From positions 2,588-66,587 of the forward strand of contig CAYNRX010000006.1 in assembly GCA_964399965.1 (NCBI GenBank): DNA of 64,000 bases, read 5' to 3'. Below, piece after piece: positions 1-9,851 of the stretch (the stretch's first letter is position 1; every line of letters starts with the position of its first letter). The position numbers and the translations under genes are program-made. Below the pieces are notes generated by a model, which did not search any database, was not told the DNA's origin, and saw nothing but the letters and a program-made list of their open reading frames with translations. The DNA is from an uncultured Lachnospiraceae bacterium (lineage in GTDB: Bacteria; Bacillota; Clostridia; UBA1381).

Positions 1-1464
1 TTCGGCGGTCTGGGCGCTGTAAAAACCGCAGTTGGTGGTCTTTTCGGCGTTTTCGCGGGCAACGTTGGCGCGCTCCTCCATCTCGGCCGGGGAGAGCGTA
101 TTGTCGTCTATCAGATAAGCACCGAAGGACAGGAGGATATAGTAGGGTGTATCGATATTTTTATTGAAAGAATTTATCCTGTCTGTTATATCCTCCGCTC
201 TGGCAAGGATGCTCTCCCGGCTGATTTCCTTGAGCAGCAGATAGAAATGATCCTCGTTAGCGTGTACCGCCAGTTCTCCCGGCGACAGGCAGTCGGAGAT
301 GGTTCTATAGATATATTTTAACGTATCGTCCCCGGATTGTCTGCCGAAGGATTCATTTAACAGGTTAAAGTTCCTGATATTCATCGACAGCATAGCGCGG
401 CTGGAAGAAGCGTCATTCTTAAGGAGGCGTTCGCATTCTAAGATGAAACGGATGTTATTCATGCCGCCGGTCAAGGGATCGGCAAAGGCGAAATACTCCA
501 CGCGCTGCTTGTAAGCGGTGTGTATATAGGCGACAACAGCCAGGATAAGGATGAACGAGGCCGCCACAAATATCTCCAAGGCGATTGTCTGGACAACATA
601 TCTGTCTACCTCGCCGGAAATGAGGTCGGAATTTACAATGGTCACCAGCACCCAATTGTAAGATCTAAGAGCGTTGTAAGAAACAACGAGAGTTTCATCA
701 TCAAACGGCATCAGCACTACTCCGTCTGTGAGATTGGCGGCGTCGTTGCGTATTTTATTTTCCGTTTCATAGGTTTCTTCCACAGCGTGATTTTCGAACA
801 GCTCTATAAGCCTAGCTGTAGCATTGGGGTTGTCGGGAGTCAGCAGCAGATCGCCATCGGTGTTGGTTATCACCGAAACGCCGTTGCCGCTGAAGCTCTG
901 GTTATCCATTAGCTGGCGGACGTATTGGCCGCTCCTTATGCCGGAGCAAATGTATTGACTTCCGTCAGCAAGCTCCACAGGAGTAGTAAATACGATATTT
1001 TGGCCGGAGGTGACCGAAACGCCGCTCTCTCCTTCCAAAGCCGCGTTAAACGCAGGCAGAGAAACGATCTCCCGGGGAGCCTCGCCGCTGGAGGAGACAG
1101 GAGTGCCTTCGGGAGTCCAAAGCGTCAGGTTCAAAAAGTTCCAGGCGTTTGCATCGCGGATAAGTATCTGCTGCATATCCCCGCTTGATGAGGCGGCAAG
1201 ACTCTTAGCAACAAAACCGATGTTGCGGATATTATTGGAAAAATGAAAGTCTATATTACGTGCTATCTGTTGAGAAACATCGCTTACGTAGTTATGCGTC
1301 TGTGTCTGGATATGGGCGCTTAAGGAATGAACGGTATAGGCCATTATAATGACGACCGCGCTCACTATTAAAACAAGTATAGCGGAAATGATCTTGAAAT
1401 CGAGTTTCAAGAACCGGCCGGGGGCTTGAATGGCTGTAGTTTGTTTTTTGGTTCTGTCACGCAT
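1..1464 (-). CDS. Membrane sensor protein with a degenerate GGDEF domain. It has a TM helix, an extracytoplasmic sensor region, a second TM helix and the GGDEF fold. The C-terminus runs off the window.
   Basis: The minus-strand frame is open from ATG 1464-1462 (GGGAG SD upstream) to the window edge, so it is absent from the ORF track. My translation reads MRDRTKKQ...ILVLIVSAVVIIMAY...DPLTGGMNNIRF.... The GGDEF position reads NEDHF. Confidence 0.6.
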   Translation of the reverse strand, partial: MRDRTKKQTTAIQAPGRFLKLDFKIISAILVLIVSAVVIIMAYTVHSLSAHIQTQTHNYVSDVSQQIARNIDFHFSNNIRNIGFVAKSLAASSSGDMQQILIRDANAWNFLNLTLWTPEGTPVSSSGEAPREIVSLPAFNAALEGESGVSVTSGQNIVFTTPVELADGSQYICSGIRSGQYVRQLMDNQSFSGNGVSVITNTDGDLLLTPDNPNATARLIELFENHAVEETYETENKIRNDAANLTDGVVLMPFDDETLVVSYNALRSYNWVLVTIVNSDLISGEVDRYVVQTIALEIFVAASFILILAVVAYIHTAYKQRVEYFAFADPLTGGMNNIRFILECERLLKNDASSSRAMLSMNIRNFNLLNESFGRQSGDDTLKYIYRTISDCLSPGELAVHANEDHFYLLLKEISRESILARAEDITDRINSFNKNIDTPYYILLSFGAYLIDDNTLSPAEMEERANVARENAEKTTNCGFYSAQTAE

Positions 1465-1612
1465 AGGCTTTCATCTCCCGTATCTGCTTTATACACAAAT
1501 TATATCACAGCCGGGAAGAAAAAGCAAGGAGCAAATTTGACGGCGGCTTGGACGGGCAGACGGCATAATTGTTAAATTTTTGATAAATTTTTCCCAAAGC
1601 CTACATATTATA

Positions 1613-1641
1613 TTGACAAGAGGAAATAACTGTGATATAGT
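1613..1641 (+). promoter_or_regulatory. SigA-type promoter of ldh
   Basis: TTGACA at 1613-1618, a 17-nt spacer, then TATAGT at 1636-1641 preceded by TGn. Confidence 0.5.
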
Positions 1642-1694
1642 AAAGTACCGGGTCGGGATGATCCCGGCTCACATTAAAGTGTAGGAGAGTGTCT

Positions 1695-2630
1695 ATGAAG
1701 AAATTCTACAATAAGGTTGCCATCATAGGGTGCGGGGCTGTTGGAGCGTCGATAGCCTATGCGCTGTCTATCCAGGCGACTGTATCGGAAATGGTGCTGA
1801 TAGATATAAATCGTGATAAAGCCGAGGGTGAGGTCATGGATATCAACCATGGTATGCTAAACTTTACGCCGATGGATATATACTGCGGGGATTACAGCGA
1901 CGTTGCCGATTGTGATATCATCATAATAACCTCGGGCGTGGGAAGAAAGCCGGGCGATACCAGACTTGATCTTACAAAGAATAATGTAAACATAATCAAG
2001 TCGGTCGCTGCGAGCATAAAGCCCTATTATACGGACGCTATCATCCTGATGGTGGCAAACCCTGTGGATATCCTTACTTACGTTATGTCCCGGGAACTGG
2101 ATATACCGGAAGAGAGGATAATAGGAACGGGTACAACGCTTGATACGGCCCGGTTCAAGTATTTTTTGAGCCAGGAGCTGGGCATAAGCGTGGGCAATAT
2201 TCACGGTTATGTGATAGGCGAGCACGGAGATACGCAATTCCCGGTCACAAGCTCCATAAACGTTGCCGGGATATCGCTTGAGGACTACTGTACGGCAAAT
2301 AATATATCTGTCGATATCGATGAAATAGCCGAAAGGGTGAAAAATGCCGGGGCAGAGGTCATAAAACGTAAACATGCTACGTATTATGCGATAGCGTCAA
2401 GCGTTTGCCGTATTGTCAATACGATAATCAAAAACGAATATGCCGTATTGACGCTCAGTACGGTAAAATGCGGCACGTATGGGCTTTGTGGGCTGTCAAT
2501 AGGACTGCCGTGCATAGTGAACGCCGAGGGGATAAATAAGGTGGTCACCTTGAGGCTGTCGGAGGAGGAGCAGAAAAAGCTGCAGCATTCAGCCGATACG
2601 CTTAAAGAGATAATAAAAGAAACGGTGTAA
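1695..2630 (+). CDS. ldh: L-lactate dehydrogenase
   Basis: NAD-binding motif VAIIGCGAVGAS and the GEHGD motif. ATG 1695 has an AGGAG SD, whereas the track start GTG 1689 lies inside that SD. Confidence 0.85.
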   Translation: MKKFYNKVAIIGCGAVGASIAYALSIQATVSEMVLIDINRDKAEGEVMDINHGMLNFTPMDIYCGDYSDVADCDIIIITSGVGRKPGDTRLDLTKNNVNIIKSVAASIKPYYTDAIILMVANPVDILTYVMSRELDIPEERIIGTGTTLDTARFKYFLSQELGISVGNIHGYVIGEHGDTQFPVTSSINVAGISLEDYCTANNISVDIDEIAERVKNAGAEVIKRKHATYYAIASSVCRIVNTIIKNEYAVLTLSTVKCGTYGLCGLSIGLPCIVNAEGINKVVTLRLSEEEQKKLQHSADTLKEIIKETV

Positions 2631-2665
2631 AAAGCCGTTATAAAATTAAGATGGAGGACAAAATA

Positions 2666-3838
2666 ATGGATAAGAAAGAATACGCGCTTAAAAAGCATGA
2701 GGAATGGAAGGGTAAGATAGAGGTCGTATCAAGAGCCCCGATAACAACGAGAGAGGAGCTGGCTGTGGCGTATACGCCGGGCGTTGCCGAGCCGTGCGTC
2801 AAGATATCCGAGGACACAGAGCTTTCATACAAGTATACAAGACGCGGAAATCTTGTGGCCGTTATCACCGACGGAAGTGCGGTTTTAGGCCTGGGCGACA
2901 TCGGCCCGGAGGCCGGAATGCCGGTAATGGAGGGCAAGTGCGCTCTGTTTAAGACCTTCGGCGATGTAGACGCTTTTCCGCTGTGCGTACGGTCGCACGA
3001 TGTGGATGAGATAGTGAACACCGTAAAGATGATAGCAGGCAGCTTCGGCGGTATAAATCTGGAGGATATATCGGCTCCGCGCTGCTTTGAGATAGAAAGA
3101 CGTCTCAAGGAGGAGTGCGATATACCGGTATTCCATGACGACCAGCACGGAACGGCAGTGGTAGTGCTTTCGGCTATGCTCAACGCGCTCAAGCTGGTGA
3201 ATAAGGATATCGCCGATATCGAAGCGGTAGTAAACGGCTCCGGTGCGGCCGGTATCGCTATCACTAAGCTGCTGATGTCAATGGGTCTCAAGAACGTTAT
3301 CCTCTGTGACAGAAGCGGAGCGATATATGAGGGACGTGACAATCTTAACGCTGAAAAGGCGGAGATGGCAAAGATATCCAACAGGCAGATGAAGAAGGGC
3401 AGCCTGGCAGAGGTGCTTGCCGGCGCGGATGTATTTATCGGCGTTTCCGCCCCCAATACGCTGACAAAGGAAATGGTGCAGAGCATGGCTAAGGATCCGA
3501 TAGTATTCGCTATGGCCAATCCTGTGCCGGAGATAATGCCTGATGAGGCTATGGAGGCCGGAGTGAAGATAATGGGTACCGGCCGCAGCGACTTCCCCAA
3601 CCAGATAAACAATGTACTGGCGTTCCCGGGGATATTTAAGGGTGCATTGTCCGTACGGGCAAGCGATATAAATGACGAAATGAAGATAGCGGCGGCCAAG
3701 GCGATCGCCGGACTTATCTCCGATGAGGAGCTTAAGCCCGAGTACGTTATCCCCGACGCTTTCGACAAAAGGGTGGCAGAAGCTGTGGCGGCAGCTGTGG
3801 CTAAGGCGGCTGTGGACAGCGGTGTAGCCAGAGTGTAA
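2666..3838 (+). CDS. NAD(P)-dependent malic enzyme (short form)
   Basis: Motifs TPGVAEPC, FHDDQHGTA and GSGAAGIA. ATG 2666 has a GGAGGA SD 7 nt upstream. Confidence 0.85.
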   Translation: MDKKEYALKKHEEWKGKIEVVSRAPITTREELAVAYTPGVAEPCVKISEDTELSYKYTRRGNLVAVITDGSAVLGLGDIGPEAGMPVMEGKCALFKTFGDVDAFPLCVRSHDVDEIVNTVKMIAGSFGGINLEDISAPRCFEIERRLKEECDIPVFHDDQHGTAVVVLSAMLNALKLVNKDIADIEAVVNGSGAAGIAITKLLMSMGLKNVILCDRSGAIYEGRDNLNAEKAEMAKISNRQMKKGSLAEVLAGADVFIGVSAPNTLTKEMVQSMAKDPIVFAMANPVPEIMPDEAMEAGVKIMGTGRSDFPNQINNVLAFPGIFKGALSVRASDINDEMKIAAAKAIAGLISDEELKPEYVIPDAFDKRVAEAVAAAVAKAAVDSGVARV

Positions 3839-3900
3839 ACTCAAGCTTCTAAAAAGAGGTTTAACGGTAGTGGACGGCGTTTTACGCAGGGAGGAAGAAA

Positions 3901-4578
3901 ATGAATTATGAGATCAAAGGTGGAGAATTTCCGGTAGTTATCTGCAATCTCCAGGACAGAGAGAGGATGATAACCGAAAAAGGATCCATGCTGTGGATGA
4001 GCCCCAATGTAAAGATGGAAACGACCGGCGGCGGTATAGGCAAGATGTTTTCAAAAGCTATCTCCGGGGAGAGCATGTTCCAGAATATCTATACAGCCCA
4101 AGGACAGGCGATGATAGCGTTCGGGTCAAGCTTCCCGGGAAAGATAATTCCTCTGAATATTGCCCCCGGGCGCGAGATGATATTGCAGAAGAGCGCGTTT
4201 CTGGCCAGCGAGGCAGGAGTGGAGCTGAGCATCCACTTCAACAAGAGGCTGGGAGCAGGCTTCTTCGGCGGCGAGGGCTTCATCATGCAGAAGGTGTCCG
4301 GTATGGGCACGGCATTTATGGAGATAGACGGCGATCTGATGGAATACGAGTTGGCCGCAGGACAGCAGCTGGTCGTTGATACCGGCAACGTGGCCGGCTT
4401 TGAGCCGACGGTATCGATGGAGATCCGCCAGGTGCCGGGGATAAAGAACAAGCTTCTCGGCGGCGAGGGACTGTTCAATACGGTGCTGACCGGCCCGGGC
4501 AAGGTTTTTTTGCAGACGATGCCCATTTCCGGTATAGCGGCTTCGATATACCGTTATCTGCCTAAAACAAGCGGCTGA
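3901..4578 (+). CDS. AIM24/TIGR00266 (DUF124) family protein
   Basis: A 225-aa ORF with a GGGAGG SD. The N-terminus MNYEIKGGEFPVV and the overall pattern match my memory of this family. Confidence 0.6.
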   Translation: MNYEIKGGEFPVVICNLQDRERMITEKGSMLWMSPNVKMETTGGGIGKMFSKAISGESMFQNIYTAQGQAMIAFGSSFPGKIIPLNIAPGREMILQKSAFLASEAGVELSIHFNKRLGAGFFGGEGFIMQKVSGMGTAFMEIDGDLMEYELAAGQQLVVDTGNVAGFEPTVSMEIRQVPGIKNKLLGGEGLFNTVLTGPGKVFLQTMPISGIAASIYRYLPKTSG

Positions 4579-4596
4579 TGCCTTATATGTGCGAAA

Positions 4597-4635
4597 AGCG
4601 TCCTTGTACCATTTGTGGTATAAGGACGCTTTTTT
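4597..4635 (+). terminator. Intrinsic terminator after the AIM24-family gene
   Basis: Long stem AGCGTCCTTGTACCA / TGGTATAAGGACGCT followed by T6. Confidence 0.7.
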
Positions 4636-4644
4636 GATGCGCAG

Positions 4645-4674
4645 ATATATTTGATGAAAAAGATGCATAAGCAT
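4645..4674 (+). promoter_or_regulatory. Candidate SigE-type sporulation promoter of cwlD
   Basis: ATATATT, a 14-nt spacer, then CATAAGCAT. This resembles the ATATT-14-CATACAnT consensus as I recall it. The match is by eye only. Confidence 0.3.
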
Positions 4675-4696
4675 AGCATACCGGGAGGTGATAGCT

Positions 4697-5398
4697 GTGA
4701 TAGTTATAGGCAGAAAAACGTTCACGGTGTTGGTATGTACGCTGGCCGCAGGAGCGGCAGCCGCTGTGCTCATGTGTTATATGCCCCGGGCAACGTTCGG
4801 GGGGAACCATTTAAAGGTCGTTGTGGACGCCGGGCATGGATCGCCTGACGGCGGGGCGGTCGGAGCGGCAGGGACGCTGGAGAAGGATGTGAACCTGGCG
4901 ATAGCCGATGCTGTGCGCGAGGTGCTTGAGGGCAAGGGGATATCGGTGGTGATGACGAGAGTTTCCGACGACGGACTGTGGGAGACGGATGGGAGCATCC
5001 GCCAGAAAAAACGGGAAGATATGAACAGGAGGCTGGAGATAGTCAGAGACAGCGGAGCTGATCTGTTCCTGTCGATACATATGAACGCCTTTGAGGACGA
5101 TAGTGCAAACGGACTGCACATATTTTATGCCAAGAATCATCCTGAGGGAGAGGAGCTGGCGGCAAAGATACAGGAGGGTATAGCCGCTGTCACAAAAGCC
5201 GAGACCCATGCGGTGAAGGCGGCCGATGAAAGCCTGTTTTTGATGAAATCACCGCCGATGACAGCAGTGCTTGCCGAATGCGGCTTTTTGTCCAATCCGG
5301 AGGAAGAGCAAAAACTTATCGATCCCGATTATCAGAAAAGGATAGCCTGGGCGATAGCCTCCGGTATTGAGGATTATTATAACGATATGCGGACATAG
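4697..5398 (+). CDS. cwlD: Germination-specific N-acetylmuramoyl-L-alanine amidase
   Basis: N-terminal TM helix, VVDAGHGSPDGGAVG and LFLSIHMNAF amidase_3 motifs. GTG 4697 is 6 nt after GGGAGGTG, whereas the track start GTG 4688 lies inside the SD. Confidence 0.75.
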   Translation: MIVIGRKTFTVLVCTLAAGAAAAVLMCYMPRATFGGNHLKVVVDAGHGSPDGGAVGAAGTLEKDVNLAIADAVREVLEGKGISVVMTRVSDDGLWETDGSIRQKKREDMNRRLEIVRDSGADLFLSIHMNAFEDDSANGLHIFYAKNHPEGEELAAKIQEGIAAVTKAETHAVKAADESLFLMKSPPMTAVLAECGFLSNPEEEQKLIDPDYQKRIAWAIASGIEDYYNDMRT

Positions 5399-5483
5399 CA
5401 CGGTTTTTTGCGGGAAATAGCCGTTTTATAAGAGGAATGCGCGGAAAATTAACAAAAAGTTAAAAAAGAATTATAAATTACTA

Positions 5484-5512
5484 TTGACGAATTGAAAAAA
5501 AAGGATTATAAT
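5484..5512 (+). promoter_or_regulatory. SigA-type promoter of serC-serA
   Basis: TTGACG, a 17-nt spacer, then TATAAT. Confidence 0.55.
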
Positions 5513-5580
5513 AAAGAATGAATGTTTACTACAATAATTTCAGAAGGACAAATGAACACAGTACATTGGAGGTTTTTTAA

Positions 5581-6657
5581 ATGAGCAGAGTTTATAATTT
5601 TTCAGCAGGTCCGTCAATGCTTCCGCTGGAGGTGTTGGAAAAGGCTGCGTCGGAAATGACGGAGTACGGCACAAGCGGTATGAGCGTTATGGAAATGAGC
5701 CATCGCTCGAAGGATTTTGACGATATCATAAAAGGAGCTGAAGCTCTGGTAAGAGAGCTTATGAACGTGCCGGATAATTATAAAGTGCTGTTTTTGCAGG
5801 GCGGCGGTTCGTCGCAGTTTGCAATGGTGCCGATGAACCTGGGCAATAAGAACAAAAAGTGCGATATCGTGATCACCGGCCAGTGGGCGAAAAAAGCGGC
5901 GGCCGAGGCTAAGAGATATATCAGTGTAAACGAGGTCGCAAGCTCCGCTGACAAGACCTTCAGCTATATACCCAAGCTCGACAAGAGCACGTTCTCCAAG
6001 GACGCGGATTATTTCTATATATGCTACAACAATACGATATACGGTACTCGCTGGACTAAGCTGCCCGAAACGGACGTTCCGCTGGTGGCCGATATCTCCT
6101 CCTGCATCATGTCGGAGGTCATAGATGTGGAAAAGTTTGGCCTGTTGTTTGCGGGCGCGCAGAAGAACCTCGGCCCGGCCGGCGTTACGCTCGTTATCGT
6201 GCGTGAGGATCTTATTGGCAACGCAATGGATATAACGCCGACAATGTTTGACTACAAGATACATGCTGATAACGATTCGCTCTACAACACACCTCCCACA
6301 TACGGCATCTATATGCTCAAGCTCGTTATGGAGTGGGTAAAGGAGCAGGGAGGAGTGGCAGTGCTTCAGGCTTTGAACGAAAAGAAGGCAGCTATCCTCT
6401 ATGATTACCTTGATTCCTCGAAGATGTTCCGCGGCACGGTCGCTAAAGAGGATCGTTCTTTGATGAATGTTCCCTTTGTGACCGGTGACAAGGAGCTTGA
6501 CGCTAAGTTTATCGCTGAGGCGACAAAGGCAGGGTTTGTGAATCTCAAGGGTCACAGAACGGTAGGCGGCATGAGAGCAAGCATCTACAATGCAATGCCG
6601 ATAGAGGGCGTTGAGGCTCTGGTCGCCTTTATGAAGAAGTTTGAAGAGGAAAACTAA
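5581..6657 (+). CDS. serC: Phosphoserine aminotransferase
   Basis: A 358-aa ORF. The N-terminus YNFSAGPSMLP and the class-V aminotransferase pattern fit, and serA lies adjacent. Confidence 0.9.
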   Translation: MSRVYNFSAGPSMLPLEVLEKAASEMTEYGTSGMSVMEMSHRSKDFDDIIKGAEALVRELMNVPDNYKVLFLQGGGSSQFAMVPMNLGNKNKKCDIVITGQWAKKAAAEAKRYISVNEVASSADKTFSYIPKLDKSTFSKDADYFYICYNNTIYGTRWTKLPETDVPLVADISSCIMSEVIDVEKFGLLFAGAQKNLGPAGVTLVIVREDLIGNAMDITPTMFDYKIHADNDSLYNTPPTYGIYMLKLVMEWVKEQGGVAVLQALNEKKAAILYDYLDSSKMFRGTVAKEDRSLMNVPFVTGDKELDAKFIAEATKAGFVNLKGHRTVGGMRASIYNAMPIEGVEALVAFMKKFEEEN

Positions 6658-6678
6658 GCCACGAAAGGAATATATAAA

Positions 6679-7839
6679 ATGTACAAAATTCTTACATTAA
6701 ATAAAATAGCCAAGTGCGGCCTTGACAGGCTAGATGCGGCGAAATATCAGATAACGAACGATGAAAAGGATCCCGATGGTATAATCCTGAGAAGCTATTC
6801 CATGCACGATATGGAGCTGGGCGAAAACCTTAAGGCAGTAGCAAGAGCCGGTGCAGGAACGAATAATATTCCCATAGACAAGTGCACGGAAAAGGGGATA
6901 GTGGTATTTAACACTCCGGGCGCTAACGCCAACGCAGTTAAGGAGCTGGTGATCGCCGGTATGCTGCTGGCGTCCAGAAAGATCGTACAGGGCATCAATT
7001 GGGCAAACAGTCTGACCGGCGACGATATCGCCAAGCAAGTAGAAAAGTGCAAATCAAATTTTGCCGGTTGCGAGATAAAAGGTAAGACGCTGGGCGTTAT
7101 CGGACTGGGTGCGATCGGCGTGCTGGTGGCAAATGCCGCGGTTGAGCTGGGCATGAGCGTCATCGGGTATGACCCCTATCTTTCGGTAGACGGGGCATGG
7201 AAGATATCGAGCGGAATAAAGCACGCGGCCAACATTGAGGACGTGTTCGCCAATTCCGATTACATCACGATACACGTGCCGTTGACGCCGGATACAAAGG
7301 ATACGGTAAACAAGGACACTATTGCTCTGATGAAGGACGGAGTAAAAATAATGAACTTTGCCAGAGGAGGGCTTGTCAACAGCGCGGATATCAAGGAGGC
7401 GCTGGCTTCCGGTAAGGTATCCTGCTATGTGGTGGACTTCCCGGACGGAGACGTTGTAGGCGTTGAGGGCGTTTTGCCGGTACCGCATCTGGGAGCTTCC
7501 ACAGAGGAGTCGGAGGACAATTGCGCGATGATGGCGGCTGACGAGATATCAGCGTACCTGGAAACCGGCGATATCACCAATTCGGTGAATCTGCCCAACT
7601 GCTCGCTCCCCATGGGCAGCGGCGGCAGAGTGGCTGTTATTCACCACAATAAGCCGAAGATGATAGGCGCGTTCACAACGATGCTGTCGAATGCGGATAT
7701 AAACATCTCCGATATGATAAACAAATCCAAGGGAGAAAATGCATATACGATAATGAACACCGATTCGCCGGTATCTGAAGAGCTTGCCAAGCAGATGGAG
7801 ACCGTGGACGGAGTTGTTAAGGTAAGGGTAATAGCCTGA
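6679..7839 (+). CDS. serA: D-3-phosphoglycerate dehydrogenase
   Basis: A 386-aa ORF with the 2-hydroxyacid dehydrogenase motif GVIGLGAIG and a C-terminal ACT-like region. Confidence 0.85.
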   Translation: MYKILTLNKIAKCGLDRLDAAKYQITNDEKDPDGIILRSYSMHDMELGENLKAVARAGAGTNNIPIDKCTEKGIVVFNTPGANANAVKELVIAGMLLASRKIVQGINWANSLTGDDIAKQVEKCKSNFAGCEIKGKTLGVIGLGAIGVLVANAAVELGMSVIGYDPYLSVDGAWKISSGIKHAANIEDVFANSDYITIHVPLTPDTKDTVNKDTIALMKDGVKIMNFARGGLVNSADIKEALASGKVSCYVVDFPDGDVVGVEGVLPVPHLGASTEESEDNCAMMAADEISAYLETGDITNSVNLPNCSLPMGSGGRVAVIHHNKPKMIGAFTTMLSNADINISDMINKSKGENAYTIMNTDSPVSEELAKQMETVDGVVKVRVIA

Positions 7840-7854
7840 CGGCTTGTACATAGA

Positions 7855-7885
7855 TCAATTGCAAAAAAGGTTTTGTAATTGACTA
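7855..7885 (+). repeat. Solo hairpin copy of the MITE-like element's terminal arms. No target duplication is detectable.
   Basis: TCAATTGCAAAAAAGGTTTTGTAATTGACTA has the same ...AATTGACTA terminus as the long copies. The stem keeps one G-U pair on the + strand. It ends 25 nt before the tig ATG. Confidence 0.6.
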
Positions 7886-7910
7886 ATAAAAAATTTAAAG
7901 GAGAAGAATA

Positions 7911-9197
7911 ATGGCAGTAAAGTCAGAACAGATAGAAAAGAATCTTACAAAATTGACCTTTGAGGTGGAGGCCGAGATATTTGAAAAGGCTATAAACCGC
8001 GCTTACAAAAAGAATGTAAAGAAGATAAGCATACCGGGATTCAGAAAGGGTAAGGCTCCTAAGGCCGTTATCGAAAAATATTACGGCGAGAACGTTTTCT
8101 ATGAGGACGCGATAAACGACGTGCTTCCCGAGGCCTATGACAAGGCTTTGGAGGAGAGCGGTCTGGATGCGGTGGCTCGTCCGGAGATAGACGTTGAGGA
8201 TATTAAAAGAGGCGAAGCAGTAGTATTTACGGCTCTTGTAACGACTAGACCGGAGGTAAAACTTGGCCAGTATAAGGGTATAGAGATCGATAAGATAGAG
8301 CATAATGTAACAGAGGAAGATGTTGACAAGGATATCGATGCTGTGCGCAGACAGAACGCGCGTATGATCACGATAGAAGATCGCCCGGTGGAAAACGGCG
8401 ATATCGCCAACATCAACTTTGAAGGTTTTGTTGACGGTGAAGCGTTTGCCGGCGGCAAGGGCGATGATTTCGATCTGGAGATCGGCTCGGGAACATTTAT
8501 CCCCGGATTTGAGGAGCAGATAATCGGCGCTTCGACAGGCGATGAGCTTGATGTAAATGTTACCTTCCCCGAGGAGTATCATGCCGAGCAGCTGGCCGGA
8601 AAGCCTGCCGTATTCAAGGTAAAGGTGAACGAAATAAAGAAGCGTGAACTTCCGGAGGCGGATGATGATTTCGCAAGCGAGGTATCCGAGTTTGAGACAA
8701 TGGCCGAATATAGGCAGAGCGTAAAGGAAAAGCTGGAAAAGACAGCTGCTGAAAAGGCGGAAACGGAGACAGAGAACGCCGTTATCGATAAGGTGGTTGA
8801 AAACGCAGAGGTAGACATACCGGCAGCGATGATCGATATGCAGGTGGAAAGACAGCTTAACCAGTTTGCGCAGCGTTTGAGCTTCCAGGGACTTAACATG
8901 GACGATTATATGCGTTATACCGGAACGAACATGGATATGCTCAAAGAGCAGTACAGACCGGCTGCCGAAAAGCAGGTAAGAGGCTCTCTTGTATTGGAAG
9001 CGGTAATGAATGCCGAGGGTATTGTGGCCGATCCCGAGGAGGTAGAGACCGATCTTGTGGATATGTCCAAGAAGTACAATATGGAGCTTGATAAGCTCAA
9101 GGAGCTTTTGAGCGATACGGAGATGGAGAATATCAAGAAAGATCTGGCAATAAATAAGACGATAACGATGCTTGTGAACAATGCTGTTGTAAAATAA
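7911..9197 (+). CDS. tig: Trigger factor
   Basis: A 428-aa ORF. It has the GFRKGKAP ribosome-binding signature and an FKBP-type middle domain, and it sits upstream of clpP-clpX. Confidence 0.95.
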   Translation: MAVKSEQIEKNLTKLTFEVEAEIFEKAINRAYKKNVKKISIPGFRKGKAPKAVIEKYYGENVFYEDAINDVLPEAYDKALEESGLDAVARPEIDVEDIKRGEAVVFTALVTTRPEVKLGQYKGIEIDKIEHNVTEEDVDKDIDAVRRQNARMITIEDRPVENGDIANINFEGFVDGEAFAGGKGDDFDLEIGSGTFIPGFEEQIIGASTGDELDVNVTFPEEYHAEQLAGKPAVFKVKVNEIKKRELPEADDDFASEVSEFETMAEYRQSVKEKLEKTAAEKAETETENAVIDKVVENAEVDIPAAMIDMQVERQLNQFAQRLSFQGLNMDDYMRYTGTNMDMLKEQYRPAAEKQVRGSLVLEAVMNAEGIVADPEEVETDLVDMSKKYNMELDKLKELLSDTEMENIKKDLAINKTITMLVNNAVVK

Positions 9198-9250
9198 GCA
9201 ATATTGCCATAGTGTACCATCTCTCGGAAATAGTGAAAGGATGAATAAGT

Positions 9251-9844
9251 ATGAGTTTAGTGCCAATGGTAGTAGAGCAGACAAACAGAGGTGAACGCTC
9301 GTATGATATTTTCTCACGCCTTTTGGAGGATAGGATAATAATCCTCAGCGAGGAAGTAAACGATGCGACCGCCAGTCTCGTTGTTGCTCAAATGCTGTAT
9401 CTGGAAGCGAAGGATCCGGACAAGGATATCCAGCTGTATATAAACAGCCCGGGCGGTTCAGTCACAGCAGGAATGGCGATATATGACACCATGCAGTTCA
9501 TACGCTGCGATGTATCTACTATATGCATAGGCATGGCGGCCAGCATGGGAGCGTTTTTGCTGGCGGCAGGAGCAAAGGGAAAAAGATATGCTCTGCCCAA
9601 CAGTGAGATAATGATCCATCAGCCGTTAGGCGGTATGCAGGGACAGACGACTGATATCAAGATACATGTTGACAGAATGGTCAAGATAAAGGAAAACCTG
9701 AACCGTATACTCAGCGAGAGAACGGGTCAGCCCTATGACCAGGTAGTAGCAGATACCGAGCGCGATAACTTCATGTCGGCGGAAAAGGCCAAGGCTTACG
9801 GCTTGATAGACGATGTTATCACCTCAAAGGTCCAGGAGAAATAA
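9251..9844 (+). CDS. clpP: ATP-dependent Clp protease proteolytic subunit
   Basis: A 197-aa ORF with the typical [12 protein letters not shown]-terminus and the active-site context GMAASMGA. Confidence 0.95.
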   Translation: MSLVPMVVEQTNRGERSYDIFSRLLEDRIIILSEEVNDATASLVVAQMLYLEAKDPDKDIQLYINSPGGSVTAGMAIYDTMQFIRCDVSTICIGMAASMGAFLLAAGAKGKRYALPNSEIMIHQPLGGMQGQTTDIKIHVDRMVKIKENLNRILSERTGQPYDQVVADTERDNFMSAEKAKAYGLIDDVITSKVQEK

Positions 9845-9851
9845 ATAATAT

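Noticed and set aside
1569-1587. A Rex-box-like sequence, TTGTTAAATTTTTGATAAA, lies upstream of ldh.
   Set aside because: The second half-site has three mismatches to TTAACAA. The site also lies upstream of the -35, not over the promoter. It is too weak to call.
7923-9317. Long antisense ORFs lie opposite well-supported genes. Examples are 7923-9317 opposite tig, 30140-31417 opposite galE, 41470-42660 opposite the L,D-transpeptidase gene, 49354-50601 opposite glgC and 2638-3768 opposite the malic enzyme gene.
   Set aside because: Their translations are low-complexity or stop-free by codon-bias artefact. They have no SD and no recognisable motifs, and the opposite strand carries clear homologues.
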